From the NCBI GenBank assembly GCA_035084275.1, contig CM068756.1, positions 7,626,001 to 7,690,000 of the forward strand: a stretch of DNA of 64,000 bases, written 5' to 3'. This stretch comes from Hydrolagus colliei. Lineage: Eukaryota. A program made the translations under genes and the position numbers. Every line of letters starts with the position of its first letter. The stretch's first letter is position 1. Below are positions 40,377 to 53,173 of this stretch, in pieces. The notes below the pieces were generated by a model, which had not been told where the DNA came from, did no database searches, and saw only the letters and a list, made by a program, of their open reading frames with translations.

Positions 40377-41319
40377 TGTATATATACACACACAAACACA
40401 ATATATGCATATATAAAATAAATTCAAAATCTCAAGCGTTAAAAAGAACTCAAACATCCATTTCACCACTGTAGCCCACCAGTTCCTCTTCACCACTGTT
40501 GACACTCACCTGGACACCACACTGACCATATTCCAGTTTTAAGGTGTCCCCCATTTTTACCTATATGCTACAACAAAACAGTAAAGGATTAGTAACAAGC
40601 GTATATATAATTTCCTAGGATGTTTTGGTTGGACCTTGTTACTGAACTGCAGTATTGTAAAAAAAAACTGGTAGGTATTTCCATGCCCCTCTGGAAATTG
40701 CCCCTCTGCCAGCTTCTAATCTCCATCAGTGCAAAGGTTCAAGGGGACTTACCTGGAATTGAGGAAAGACTTAACGAAGATAAGAGAGGAAAGGGCATGG
40801 AATGGGGAGAGCTGGAATGGGGGCAGGACAAAAATAACTCACTTGGGGGCGGGGGAGGGGGTGCGAAAGAGACTCATCTGGGAGCATGTGTGTGGGTGGG
40901 GGGGTGGTGGGAGGTTACATGACACCTTCAGAGACCCATCACCATGCTTAAGAATATCCAAACCCAACAGAGAATTAACTCCCTACATTTTACCTACGTA
41001 TGAGAATCCTAGAGGTAGATTGCTGGGATGAAATGCACTCTCTCGCTGCCTCTCTGGAGGAGCACATCCCGCTCCCCTAATTCTGGAAAAAAAAAGTATT
41101 AAGTCCAGATTGGCAAGAGCCAAGGTTTGGGTGGGTGGCAGGGGAGGCCTGGGGATGCCCAGAGTGTACATTGGACTAACTGCTGAAGTCTAACCATCTT
41201 TAAAACACATAGCTTGCCATTGCCATGGCTGGTCGGTCTGTCAAGCATTCGGGCTGCTTGTCCTGCTAAGGACCAGCCTACCCATCAAGGGGTTACACAG
41301 GGGGTGGCTTCCACATGTG

Positions 41320-41470
41320 ACCAGTTCCAACCGTCAACGAAATTGAATCAGGCCGCGTGCTGAGGCCGGAGGTCAAGCAACCAATCGGATTGCAGAGTTT
41401 GGAGGGCACGTGGTCGGGCGCGTGGGCGGGACAGCTCTTCCCGCCCCCCGCCTGCGCACTGTTTACCGTG
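41320..41470. promoter_or_regulatory. Promoter-like motif cluster at the start of ZNF423 intron 1
   Basis: CCAAT, CACGTG E-box, GGGCGG and CCCGCCCC GC boxes within about 80 bp, CpG-rich. Confidence 0.45.
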
Positions 41471-41732
41471 CAGGGAGAGGAAAGGTGGGGGAGGGAAGCG
41501 ATAGCTGAATACACAGACTCCCTGTTGCTGGCTGGCTGGCTAACTGACACGCTGCAAGGAGAAGGAGGGGAGCAACAACAGCGGGAGGAGGAGAGGGGGG
41601 AGTCAATCCCTGAAACAACAACAAACCCTTTTTTTTCTTCTCTCTACCCTCCCCACCCCCTCCAAAAAAAATTGTACCCGCACAAAACAAAACGGCACCA
41701 AAAAATAATAATAATAACAATCCGCTGCTCAC

Positions 41733-41772
41733 CTTTAACGGCCCGAGGTTTAGACTGTTTCCGTCTGGACAT
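41733..41772 (-). CDS. ZNF423: ZNF423 coding exon 1 (MSRRKQSKPRAVK + 1 nt)
   Basis: ATG at 41772-41770; encodes the NuRD-binding N-terminal motif MSRRKQxKP shared by ZNF423/ZNF521/SALL/FOG; donor AAG|GTGAGC, phase 1; lies in a CpG-rich region. Confidence 0.95.
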
Positions 41773-42463
41773 GTCCAGCTTTTCACTCTTCCGAAAGAAT
41801 GGCTTCTCTCTGAGGCCAGGTGCCGTGGTCAGGTCCGGTCCAGACTTGTCTGGCGCTTTCCTCACATAAATCTGCTCGGTGGACGACGACGACCTCCTCC
41901 TCTCACCTCTTCTTGCTACCCCGTTGCAATGCGGCAACTTGAACCTCTCGGAGTGGACTGGACTGCGTGTGACGTCTCCCTCCCCCCCCCCCCCCGCCCG
42001 TACTTTTGTCCACTGGTGCTGGAAACTAATGCCGGTCAGTCAGTCAATCCCCTCTGTGGTCTCTCTCTCTTATTTCTTTCTCGCCCCCCCCACCCTCCCC
42101 CCCAACTCCTTCCTTCCCTCCCTCGTCTTCTCTTCCCTTCCCGTTCTTCTCCGGCAACAACTTCTTTGCAACTGGTGGACGGACGCAAGTGACTCGTGGA
42201 GATTATGTGTGTGTATATGTATATATATATATATATATATAAAAAGAGAGCGAGAGATATCTTTTTGCACCGAGGATCCACTCGATAACGTGCTTCTATT
42301 GTTGTTTGCACCAAATATTTTTTTTCACGACACGCCAGTCTTCCTCTCCTCCTCCTCCTCCTCCCCCCTCTTTCGTTGACCTCCACCTCCCGGAATCGGT
42401 AGCAAAAAAAATTGTTCAAAACAGCCGAAGACTCGTACTCTCACTCTTTCTAACAACACTGTT

Positions 42464-42495
<32 letters not shown>

Positions 42496-43130
42496 GAAAA
42501 AAGTTAACAAAAAAAAGCCGGGACGCGATCGTGACTACCTTATTTACTAACTAACAACAAAAACTTAACAAACGGGGATCACCTGTTCAGCCAGAAATCT
42601 ACTGAGGGTGCGAGATGTCCCTTGTTTATCCTGCCCTGAAAGTGGCACGATCTCTCCCTTTTATTGCCACGCATAGAAATAATGTTGTGGTTGTTTCGCC
42701 TGGGCTTGCGTTCAGAAGAGCACAAGAGCGGCCGGCACGCTGTCACGGTGTGAGAGAGGCATGCACTGTGCTGGGGAGTAGATCTCTGCCATTGCGGTCC
42801 GGCTTTCCCGATCAGCGGCACAGCCAGCTCTTCTTTGTGGTGGGAGCGGAGCTGGCTTCTTAAGAACTGCGTTAGCGCGCAGTGCAGACACATAATAAGC
42901 TGGGAAATTCAAGTAAGGCCCAAACCCATCAGGACCTCTCCACGGGGGAGCTTTCCCGCAGGGAGACGCGCCACACGTAATCACGGAGGAAATCGCTGTC
43001 CAAGTGCAGAGCACGCATGGTGAATAATGAAAAATCTGAGTGCTCGATCGTGCCAAAAGCATGGAGCCATGGACAGACTGGATCGGACTCCACACAATGC
43101 AATGCAGCCTTATCGAGCGTCTTCGGACAT
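41773..43130 (-). promoter_or_regulatory. ZNF423: ZNF423 5'UTR and CpG-island promoter
   Basis: Locally high GC and CpG density directly upstream of the ATG; CRE-like GTGACGTC near 41969; poly-C/CT tracts; TSS not determinable from sequence. Confidence 0.75.
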
Positions 43131-44345
43131 CCAATCTCTAAATGAAGTACAGTACTTCAAATCTCCCCCGCACCCCCAACACATACACACACACACACAC
43201 CTTCCAAAACTGCTAATCGTATATTGCTAACTATTATTTTGCCACACGGTCTGAAAATTAACTACTACATCGAGTTTATTTCTAAATCCTTTTTTAAAGA
43301 AACAAATGTTTTTTTTACCCCCTGTCTTACAAAGAAAGCGGAGTAACCGTATGAAACTAATTTAGAGCCATATTGAGGAAAAAAATAGTTTCAAATCGCT
43401 AAAGTAAACGTGGTAACGGGTATAATTACAAGCGTGTGGCGATAAACAATCATTCGAAAACTCCAGTTTGATTTGAGAACAGTCTTTCCTAATTATTGCA
43501 ACAGTATTAAAAAATGTCCCCGAAATAAGGAAAGAAATTATGAATGTTGAATTAATGTTAAGGCTGGTAATAGGCAGTACGGCATCAACCTCCTGTCCAT
43601 TTAAGTAAATCGCTTCAAATGAACCACAAACTGCTTTAATGTTGCCATTACTGTACATCTCCTTTGATTCGCAGAAGCAATCTCTCACTCACAGTTTTTA
43701 ATAACCTAATTCCTATCGAACAATGGAAATTCTTTAGCTTCCAGCACGTAACTCCCTGCAGGGCACAGTGAATTTCAAAAATATCCATAATGATACAGTG
43801 GAATTAAAAGGGTATTAGTGTTAGTAATTCGTTTACATCTAATTATAAACTGATGGAATTATGCCTATGTGGCTAACAAATATAATCGGTTTGAATTTAT
43901 TTATTTGTATGTGTGTGTGCTGAAACGTGGTAAGACAACCTCTACGTGGTTTTAAACACAATTTACAGATAAGGGTAAAAAATATGGCAAGGAAAAGGAC
44001 GGGTTAACAACATAATCTCTAAATGGCTTGAGCATACAGCCAGTTTGTATTTTATTGCGGGGTCGGGGGGAGGGGGGGACTGTATATGAATGACGGAATT
44101 CTGCCCATATCTGGTTTATGTTTGTGTATCCGGCGTGAATCGCATGGATGAATTTGAACTCGGGTCTGGAAAAAAATATTGTAACTTGTAAAATAGTTTC
44201 CACTCGTATTTAGAGGTTATAAAATCGTAGTTTTTGTTCCAACAGAAATATTTACGAATAATGTACAGACCTGAAGACAGTTCTTACATTCTGTGCAATG
44301 CTGATGCTGGCGAGGGATATTGTCCGATAGGTGTTCAGGTGGCTT

Positions 44346-44359
44346 GCGCCCCCTGCTGG
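44346..44359 (-). promoter_or_regulatory. CTCF core motif CCAGCAGGGGGCGC
   Basis: Exact match to the CCASYAGRKGGCRS consensus, in an otherwise AT-rich stretch. Confidence 0.75.
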
Positions 44360-45329
44360 TGAAACGTTAAATCAGTGCCTTTATCTTACTGAGGTAAGAG
44401 TACTGTATTGGCATTTCAAGAATAATAGTGTAATTTAAAATTATCCATCTGAAAGTATTATCTTGCTTAATAAAAGCAAAGTTTTACATTTTTTTTTGCT
44501 ATAGAATGTTAATATCATTTCAAAAACAATGATGCGCAGGCTCTTTTTCTTGAGTTAGACATATCTCTTGCGCTTAAAAGTGAATTCCACATATTCATGC
44601 CACCTATGCCTGGAAATTTCCCTTTGTCTGGAACGTGCATGCACTGTCCCCAGAGAGATGCACCTCCCTTACCTAATTTTGGAAAGTATTAAGAGGCAGG
44701 TTAACAATAGCCAAGGCTTGAGGACTCAAGGGTGCACATTGGGCAGCTGCAGTTTTACCAACCAAAGCATGCAAGTTACCCATTGGGAGTACTCTGGCAA
44801 GCTACCCACTACTTGTTCAACTAGAATACCATGCCCATTAGTGCTTTAGCCTTCAAGGTTAACAGGAGCCTATTGAATTGCCCCAGTGACTAGTCTGCTC
44901 CTCCAAATCCTGTTGATGAGTCAGGCTGACTAGTCTATCATCAACAGTGCCTTGGAGTCCTCCAGATGTGCCTGGTTCTGGAACTGAGCTAGACTGCTAC
45001 GGAGGGTTGACTTGCTTCCGATATTCCATTATTAGATATGTTACCTTCGACTTGATTCAACCCTCAGGCGATTATTTCATTTTATTTCCCGTAGTGCATT
45101 AATAATATTGCTTTAAATACAGTGCTTCAAAAAAGCTTGTCTAGACTAACAGAACATTCTATTCAATACCATGTATAAAATCTATCAGTGTCTCAAATTC
45201 AAATGAAGATGTATTGATTTTTTCCAAATAGTGGGGGAAATTCTCAACTGATAGTATTGTACTTACTTATTTCCTACTACAGTATATGCAATGGGTGCAG
45301 CTACTCTTACAACCAAAGGATGCAATATG

Positions 45330-46352
45330 CAAAGTAGATTTCAGTGATACCACTGACATTCAACACGCTAATACCGTGTGTACACCTTAAGCAAAACTGC
45401 CGTACATGTGCGATGAGCTTGTTTGTGTCACAGCTCATCAATGATAGAAGATCCTATCAAAGCTACAGTAACCAAAAGGGGTTTACAGTGTGATCAGGCA
45501 GGTTATTGCAATGCTTCTGTGCAGTTTTTCCTCCTTCGGCCATGATACGCAGTTTTTATAATGAATCCACACATGAGCACCCAACTTAGAATTGTCCATT
45601 GAAAAAGCATGGTGTATTAAAAGAAAAAGGCCAGCAGACTTTAAGCTCTGCCCCCTGTGCCTTGTTAATTTACATAGCAAAGCACATTCATACAGGGAAT
45701 TGGGAGTCTTTCGAACTCAAACGGGCAGTCACTTGGGATGCAAGGAATGAATACATCTTCCTGACCATCTTCCTTTGAACTGACCAGTCAGAATAGTTGC
45801 TTCTATAACATGTGGCATCAACTGCTTTACCACTAACCTTGTCCTTTCAGCATTCAAGTCCAGCCATGCTGTTCTTTGAGCGGGCAACTCATTTAGTTGT
45901 ATTCTTGCATGCCCTTCTGGGTTGAAGTCCAACCGTGCTGTTCTTTGTTCTCAGTTTTATTTAATCGGCCTTCTGGATTTTGTCTTAACATTTTTATTTG
46001 ACTGTGAAAGGCTTGTTCTTCACTTCTAAGGCATCTTCATCATTGAAGATTAAGAAAATGTGCTGTAGGGAGGACTTAGTGGAAGGGCTCCTGTTGTAGG
46101 ACTCCTTTTGGGAGGACTCCTTGTTGGAGTCCATACACATGTGATGAGCTTGTTTAGGTCAAATGAGATCCCCGAAAATATATATATGCCTATGAGCATA
46201 ACCCACGGAAGACCTTTCCAATGAGTTATAAATCATATCCCTCTACCAATCAGTTATTGCGTTATTGGTGGGTGAGAACAACATTACATTTATAGAGCGC
46301 CTTTCACATCTGGAGAAGACACACAGAGACATTTCATCTTTATTAGTGTAGA
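45330..46352 (-). mobile_element. Non-autonomous Helitron with Pif1-like helicase remnant
   Basis: 5' end A|TCTACACTAATAAAG at 46352; 45845-45560 reads TRLVVKQLMPHVIEATILTGQFKG..EDVFIPCIPSDCPFEFERLQFPV*MCFAM*INKAQGQSLK with stops and frameshifts; 3' end not located; an L2 tail is inserted at about 46277-46316. Confidence 0.85.
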
Positions 46353-47634
46353 TGCTGTGTTCTGGCTTCTTTTATTGAAAATTCAAGTTTTATTCTTGAG
46401 TTGAATGTTATAAACTTACAGTTGATGTTCAGTTTCTTTTCTAATAAACTGACATGTTTTTGTTTATATAGTAAACTCAGTATTTACTGAAGAAATGTCA
46501 CATTTTAAAAGTTGTTTACATTTAGATTCATAAACCAATGAAGAAATTACTGAATTTTTGAATCATAGTACAGGTATTTTCACAATTGTATATATTGTAT
46601 GTGTAAATATAAGTTGTTTAGTTTGTAATGGTAAATTTATCCATTTCAAAATACGCAATCTGCACAGTAGATTCCCTGAAGTCATCTTTTTTTCCCTTTC
46701 GCATACCACATCTTTAGAGATAGTAAAGTAAGTGTGGTCCCAACAGATTTAATGATGTGGTAACCTTTTTTTGACTATATTTTCTAAGGTGCTGAGGTGA
46801 CTGAATAAGAAAGATTTTGTTTGATTCTGGGTACAATAAAAAATTATGGTTTATGAAATTCACATTTATCCAATTTAAGTTTTATTTAAATCTTGTTTGT
46901 CGTCACAAATTTGTTTCTTACAGTGCTGTCCTTGGATACATTGGCACTCAATTTTTAAAAATAAACATTGTACTCATTAGTGGGGGTATTATTTTGTGAA
47001 CAAAATACAATTTGGACACCTAGGGGATGAAACTCTGCGGTTTAGTAGTCACCGCCCTTCCCAATATGCATTTATTGTGAAGGACTGCATTTCATCAAGG
47101 AAGTTTGCTGACGAGTAGAAATGTTTGCCATAGGGTCAACAAAAAAAAAAACACTACCTTGTTAGATTTAACATACTTCGACTTCAAACACACAGAAATT
47201 CACCAGCACTACACTCCTCGTGGTTACCATGCTTAAGAGAGCAGCTTACAAAGCTCCAGTCACCTTTTCTTGTGGAAAAGGCTTATCCAAGTGCACTCTC
47301 CAAGTTAATCGATGAGGCAGTTAGTTGCTCACATGATGTAAATCTTCACTCAGCTGGGTCTTTTAGTGAACCTGGAGAAGTCGCAATTACAATCTTCCCA
47401 GGATATCATCTTTAGAGAGGCCAATTTCTAATTAATGTTAGATAAGGTTTTTCTGCCAGATTACATATTCTTGGGCATCTAAGTCCATCTTATTTATGGA
47501 ACAGTTCAGGCTAAAAACTATTCAATTCTTCAACAATACTGTTCAATTAGTTACACTAAGCAATAAGCGTAGAAAAACATACCGGTACTCAACATTAAAA
47601 TATTTTTTCTCCTAATTTTCTTTAGGTGCTAATT

Positions 47635-48015
47635 TGTGCAAGGATATGGTTCCATGATTGCTGGAAGCCCTTTGGGATCTCACCCAAGTGGCCATTCTTC
47701 ATGTGTGAGCCTAGACAATGAGTGTTGGCAGGCTATTCGACTATGGGGAGGATCACAGCCGAGTGCAATGTTGTTCTCACTCAATGTCCACACATACATA
47801 CTTTCCAGCAGGGGTTACTGGATAGTGATTAGGAGTGGGATCCCTGGCTGAGTTTTCTCTTTCTAGTCCAGGGGAGGCAAGGCCAATTGTAGCACCCCTA
47901 CTGATGCCCTGGCTGCGATCAGCTAACTCAGCACAGACCCAATAATAGAACCTGCATCCTTATGGTTTTGATGGCTCTGAGCACCATTTGAGATACCTTT
48001 ACTCTAGACTATCAG
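47635..48015 (-). mobile_element. Older tRNA-type SINE (second family)
   Basis: gatcagctaactcagcacagacc...gaacc head and cacccaagtggccattcttcatgtgtgagcctagac body; recognised as an interspersed repeat typical of shark-type genomes. Confidence 0.6.
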
Positions 48016-48601
48016 AACTTAAAGGAAATTCTTAATTGCAAAAATACACACATACTTAACATTAAAGAAAATTTGTAACTTAAGAATGTTACCTATGAAA
48101 AGTAGAACACCTTTGTACTAAAATGCAAACAAAACCCCACATAATTATGAGATGGAAGGATTTTTGTCATCCTGAGTAAAATACTGTGAGAAGCATATAA
48201 TCAAACAATTATTAATGGCTATGCACACTTGTCATTTGCATGGCTGTACTTTCAACTGACATTTACACTTGAACACAATGTAAAGCTGAATAGTTATTTA
48301 AGGATTTTTTTAAGACTTGATACAATTGCCTGAAATATATATGTCAATAATATATATATGTTAATGATGTAATCGTACTACATTTTATGAATGAAATCTA
48401 GGAAAATTTAAGGCCAGTAAATTAGGTTTTGAGTTTCAGAAAATTAAGGAAATTATAATGCTGTGCAGGATTCACTTAGATTGAAACCTTGCCTCTTTTA
48501 ATATCAATGATCGTATGGTGCAGTTGTATCTTTAATATTGATGTGATAACATTTTTGAGTAATGCAGGAAAGCAGAATGCAGGTACACTGCCCACTTGCT
48601 T

Positions 48602-48740
48602 TAATAATAATAATAATCTTTACACTTGATATAGCTCTTTCCACGTCTTCTAGCCGTCTCAAAGCACTTCACAGAATATACTATAAACTGAATTGATTGT
48701 ATATATTTTTTGGGTGAAACGCGGCAGCAAATTGCATGGT
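48602..48740 (-). mobile_element. SINE 3' half
   Basis: Same family as 10866-11173. Confidence 0.85.
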
Positions 48741-50221
48741 ATTTGCTCACTTCAACTGCCACTAAAAATTTTAATTGAAGCCCATTTTCCAACTTCAATA
48801 ATGCTTCCAAAGAGTGGGTACCAGGGAAGCCGGATTTACATTTATTGCTCTTAAGTGAATTGACCAGGGACAGGCACATTCAACTGAGCAACCAGTTCTT
48901 CAATAACAGTAAATAAGTTTCCTTAAAAGTTCTTGAAGTTAAGCTTCAGAATCACTCATCTTTCATTCATACTGGACTTAAAATGGCAAACTGCTACACA
49001 AAACTGCTGCATAAAATGGGCATAATCCCAAATAGAGCATGGTGCGTACAAGTAAGAAGCAATACTAAGCTATAACTTCACAGTAGTTGGATGGTTTTGG
49101 ATCACCCACTGGCTAGTCCAAACGGTTCTGTTAAACTAAATGGAAGAGATGTTTCCTCCATGATCCACATCACCAGCGCAATCCAGCAACTGAAAAGGCA
49201 GATCCAGAAGGCCGATTAAATATGACTAAAATATTAATTATTTCTATTTTTTATCTTGAGCTAGGGAATAACACTGCACAAAATATTACAGTACTACATC
49301 TATTCTTGCCTTTAAAGAGTCAAGTGGAGTATCTTGTTGGGAGAACCGTCATTGGCTTAGGAAACACATTTGGAGTCATTCGTCTTTCCTGCCTTAAAGA
49401 GTTTTAGTTATAATTTGAATGGCCCAGAGATGGATAGCATGTATGATGAGTGTTTACTTTTACTTGTGCATGTACACCACGTGTGTGACCAAACACGGTT
49501 CTGGTTTGTGATGCAATTCTTAAAACATTCTTTCTAAATGAAACAAAGTTGCACAGAGATATGGAAATTGTTAGCCTTGTTGGTATAACACTAATTCAAG
49601 TAAGGAAAAACATTTGAAAGCTGAATCTGAATTTAACCTACAAAGGATGCTTTTTTTTATATAGAGATATAGTACTCTTGGGAATGAAACAACTCAAACA
49701 TTTTGAAGCAAAAATCTCTGGGGGGGCTCTAAAAACAGCCTGATCCAAATAAAATATAGAATTGTCATAAGAGCTTTTAAGTTCAGTAGCTCAAAATTCT
49801 AAAGGAGAACAAGAAATCTGAATATTTTATGGTTGGGAACTTTTAGGCCATAAAATGAGGTAGGCTTCAAAACAGCAAACGTATTTATAGAGGACAGGGA
49901 TAAGATTTCACTGATGTGCCAACACACATTTTCCAGGCTCCATTCTTGTACTTAATCAAGAGATGCCCTCCAACAGATTTCCTTATCCCGTAGAAGTTAA
50001 ATCTGATGCAGGATAGGGAGAAATAAGTACATGAGGAAGTGTCAATACCTGTATCAAACTCCATTTACCGACCAAGGAAGATGCGAATACATTTCCTAGA
50101 AGTACTTTTTTGTAACTGAGTAAACAGCTTTATTTTATCAGGAAGCACTAATAGACACTTGGCTGAATATATTATTCAAGTATATAGAACTACAGATCTA
50201 GTTACTGTAAAATGTGTCACC

Positions 50222-50700
50222 AAGCTCCGCAACCACATCACTACCACCCTTGCCCGGCTCCATTGACTCCCCATTCCCCAGAGGATCAAATTCAAGATTC
50301 TCGTTCTCACTTTCAAAGAAATTCATGGCCTTGCTCCTTCCTATCTCTCCGACCTGTTATCCCCCTATGAACCTGCACCCCCCCAGCAGGCTCTGGTCTG
50401 CTGCATGCCTACCGCCCGACTTGCCTTACCATCGGTGGATAGGCTTTCAGCCTCTCTGCCCAGTCTGGAACTCCATCCCACAATCCCTTTGCCTCATTTT
50501 CTCTTTTGCCTCCTTCAAGGCCGGTCTCAAGACCCTTCTCTTCGATCGTGCCTTCTGCTGCCCTCCCAACACTCTCCATCCCCTCTTGACTCTCTCCAGC
50601 CACTTCCCCCTCTTTCTTGCTCGGTTCCTGACCTGCCTGTTCAGCGCCTTGGGCCATCCTCCCAACATGAAAGGCGCTCTATAAATGTAATTTTGTTGTG
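50222..50700 (+). mobile_element. L2 3' fragment
   Basis: HITTTLARLH*LPIPQRIKFKIL...SFKAGLKTLLFDRAF; tail aaggcgctctataaatgtaattttgttg. Confidence 0.92.
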
Positions 50701-52334
50701 TGAATGCCTAGAACAATGCAATCTTGTTCCCTAATAAAAATTTGGATACAGTCACCATTCTATGGAAGACAAAATCAATGTGTTTATAAAGCATAATAAT
50801 TTCACTCATCTCTCAATTTTACCAAGTTTGGAAGAGAAAAGAATGGAGAATTCTCTCTAATATCCCCAAAAGCCAATGCCAATGGTACTTGGTAGAACAC
50901 CTCAGCACACTGCTTTTCATTCAACTGCAGTGTGAGATTACACCCAACTGAATTCAATGTTTAAATAAAAGCACCATTGCAAAGTAACACAGGATTATTT
51001 ATTTAGTTTAAACACCTACCTATTACGCAAAGATACAGAATACATCCCCCTTTCCTTCAAACACCCCAACACATTGCAAAATATTGAGAACTGAGGTTTC
51101 TGAAATGATTATTGTGAGTTCCTCTCCAAATAACCGGAAATTTTATTGGTTTCAAATACAGTAAAGAAATTGTATTACTTTAATTGAGATACTAAACATT
51201 GCTTTTATCAAATCAATGCAGCACTTTTACAATGCTCAGTACAAAAAAGCAGTCAAGTGAACAACAGTTTTACAAATCTGGATAAGATAATACTGTAAGA
51301 TGATATTTGTTGAACTTTCAATTATACATGGTTTACACACCAATTGAGAGGGCAATCTTATTTATCTTCTGACTCTGTAAAAAATATCACCGTACAATAA
51401 AATCTTACTAAAAAAGGATCTCAGAAACAGAATGGAGGGAATATCAATGAGCATCTAACAAGTCAAATAATAAACAACCAACTCTAAAGATATAGAGCAA
51501 GACGAGAATTTTTCCTAACTTTTTAAAACCATTCACGGTGGCATTTAAAAATTACAAAAATTGTCCTTACACAAGAGTGTGGGCATACATCTTCAAAAAG
51601 AAATTTTTGAACTTTACAATGGGATTTATTTTAAATACTAAAATACTACAAATCAGTCTGTGACAATTCATCAAGGAGTCCTGTGGTATTGGCTTGGCAT
51701 CATACTTGTGGTGCTCTTCAAATATTGTTGTGTTGGTCTTACAAACTCCGCTCCAAAGCAGCGTGCATTCGGATATTTCATGTGGCTGTTGCTTACTGTG
51801 GCTGGGGCCTAGTACCTAACTTTAAATGAGCTGTGTTGGAACAAATAAAAATTATTTGCTGTGCAGGATACCGAGATCCAATATAAAGTTCACAACTATA
51901 GTTTGCAATAAGGTGAGAGCTTAGTGAACAACAAGCAAAATAGGATGAAATTCAAATTCAGAAAGAAAAATTAAAACAGGCCTGCAACTAAGAAGCAGCT
52001 TTTAACAAATTATGGGCACTCAAAAGGATCCCACATTCAAGCTCCTCCCTTGTTCTGCTAAAATATCATTATTATTATCATTCACAAAATGAAGTGCTGT
52101 GCAGAAGCATTACATTATAATTAGAGAGTTTTAAATCTCCACAAATCACATATGGAAATGGAGAAAACCAAGAAGCAATTTAGTTCTTGGCTATTATGGT
52201 GATGTCAAATTTGTTCATGTGTTAGCAATGAGAAGATGGTTTTCCCACCTAGCTTAACCCATTTTGGTTAATTAGTCCATGATTAAATATAAAATAATAT
52301 AGTAACACTAAATTGACTGTTAAAATAACCTGCA

Positions 52335-52340
52335 TTTATT
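52335..52340 (-). other. Candidate polyadenylation signal AATAAA for the NCOA5-like gene
   Basis: TTTATT on the plus strand about 630 nt past the stop; further candidates at 51142-51147 and 50998-51003. Confidence 0.35.
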
Positions 52341-52970
52341 TTAACCTGCAACCAACAGTGGTTGAGCTCAAATATGAGAAAAGAATGTTCCAGGCTAGAT
52401 AAACATGTGGTACTTTTTCCATACAATGTGCACATGGGTGATTTTTCCCCCCAGGGATGTGAAGGTCAATTCTAGATTTTCTAACTACCATCTCGCTAAA
52501 ATCAGTTACTCAGAAAAGACGGGAAATTAACCTGTCAATCTGCAATGGTTTTGTTCTACACCGGTGAAGGATCGGGATGCTGTTCTACTGAACCGTTAAA
52601 TAACTCAAAGCACAGGTTTTTTTAATATAATTTCTCAACTGCTGTACAAAATGCACAAATGTGACACACCAGCGGTTTGAAAACCTAATTTCAGAACAGC
52701 AGTCCTCAAACGTATTAGAAAGAGGTTAGTTAGTTCAATGAACTGGATTTCCCCTCAAATTATGTAAATAAGTATTCCCAGTTTTGTTTGTTTAATTATG
52801 CTAAAGACAGAAACAACAACACTTTAATTGTGATTTTAATAACATTACTCAGGAATCACAACATCACTGTCATGCAAGTTTGAATACACTGAATAATATT
52901 CAGAAATGTTGATAATGCATTAACCTTTACCGAAAAAAAGTTTGGTTTAGTATAAAACTTCAATTGTATA

Positions 52971-53173
52971 CTAACTTGGAACAGGCAGAAGAGCTCTTAT
53001 TGGGCGATCACCCAAGAGTGGAGCTTTTTTCTGAGTAAGTGGTGCTTGACCCAAAAGTGGTGGCCTGCTTGGTGTTGGGAGAAGGGGTTTAGGCTTGCTT
53101 GAGCATTGTGAAACTGTGCCTTGATCATAGTAATTCTCAGCCGCAACAGTTGCTTGAGCAGCAGCAGCAATAC
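52971..53173 (-). CDS. NCOA5-like probable last coding exon (Pro-rich, PLL repeats)
   Basis: Acceptor ccattgtag, phase 1; GIAAAAQATVAAENYY...KPLLPTPSRPPLLGQAP...APLLGDRPIRALLPVPS*; total CDS 1011 nt in frame. Confidence 0.7.

Noticed and set aside
1-41700. Apparent sense-strand bias of intronic retroposons
   Set aside because: Roughly 11 minus versus 7 plus copies by my count; not meaningful
11833-41772. Calling the zinc-finger gene ZNF521
   Set aside because: The exon 2 and 3 peptides match ZNF423-specific sequence
41357-43230. Many overlapping ORFs of 60-170 aa
   Set aside because: Expected in GC-rich, low-complexity promoter DNA; no recognisable protein apart from exon 1
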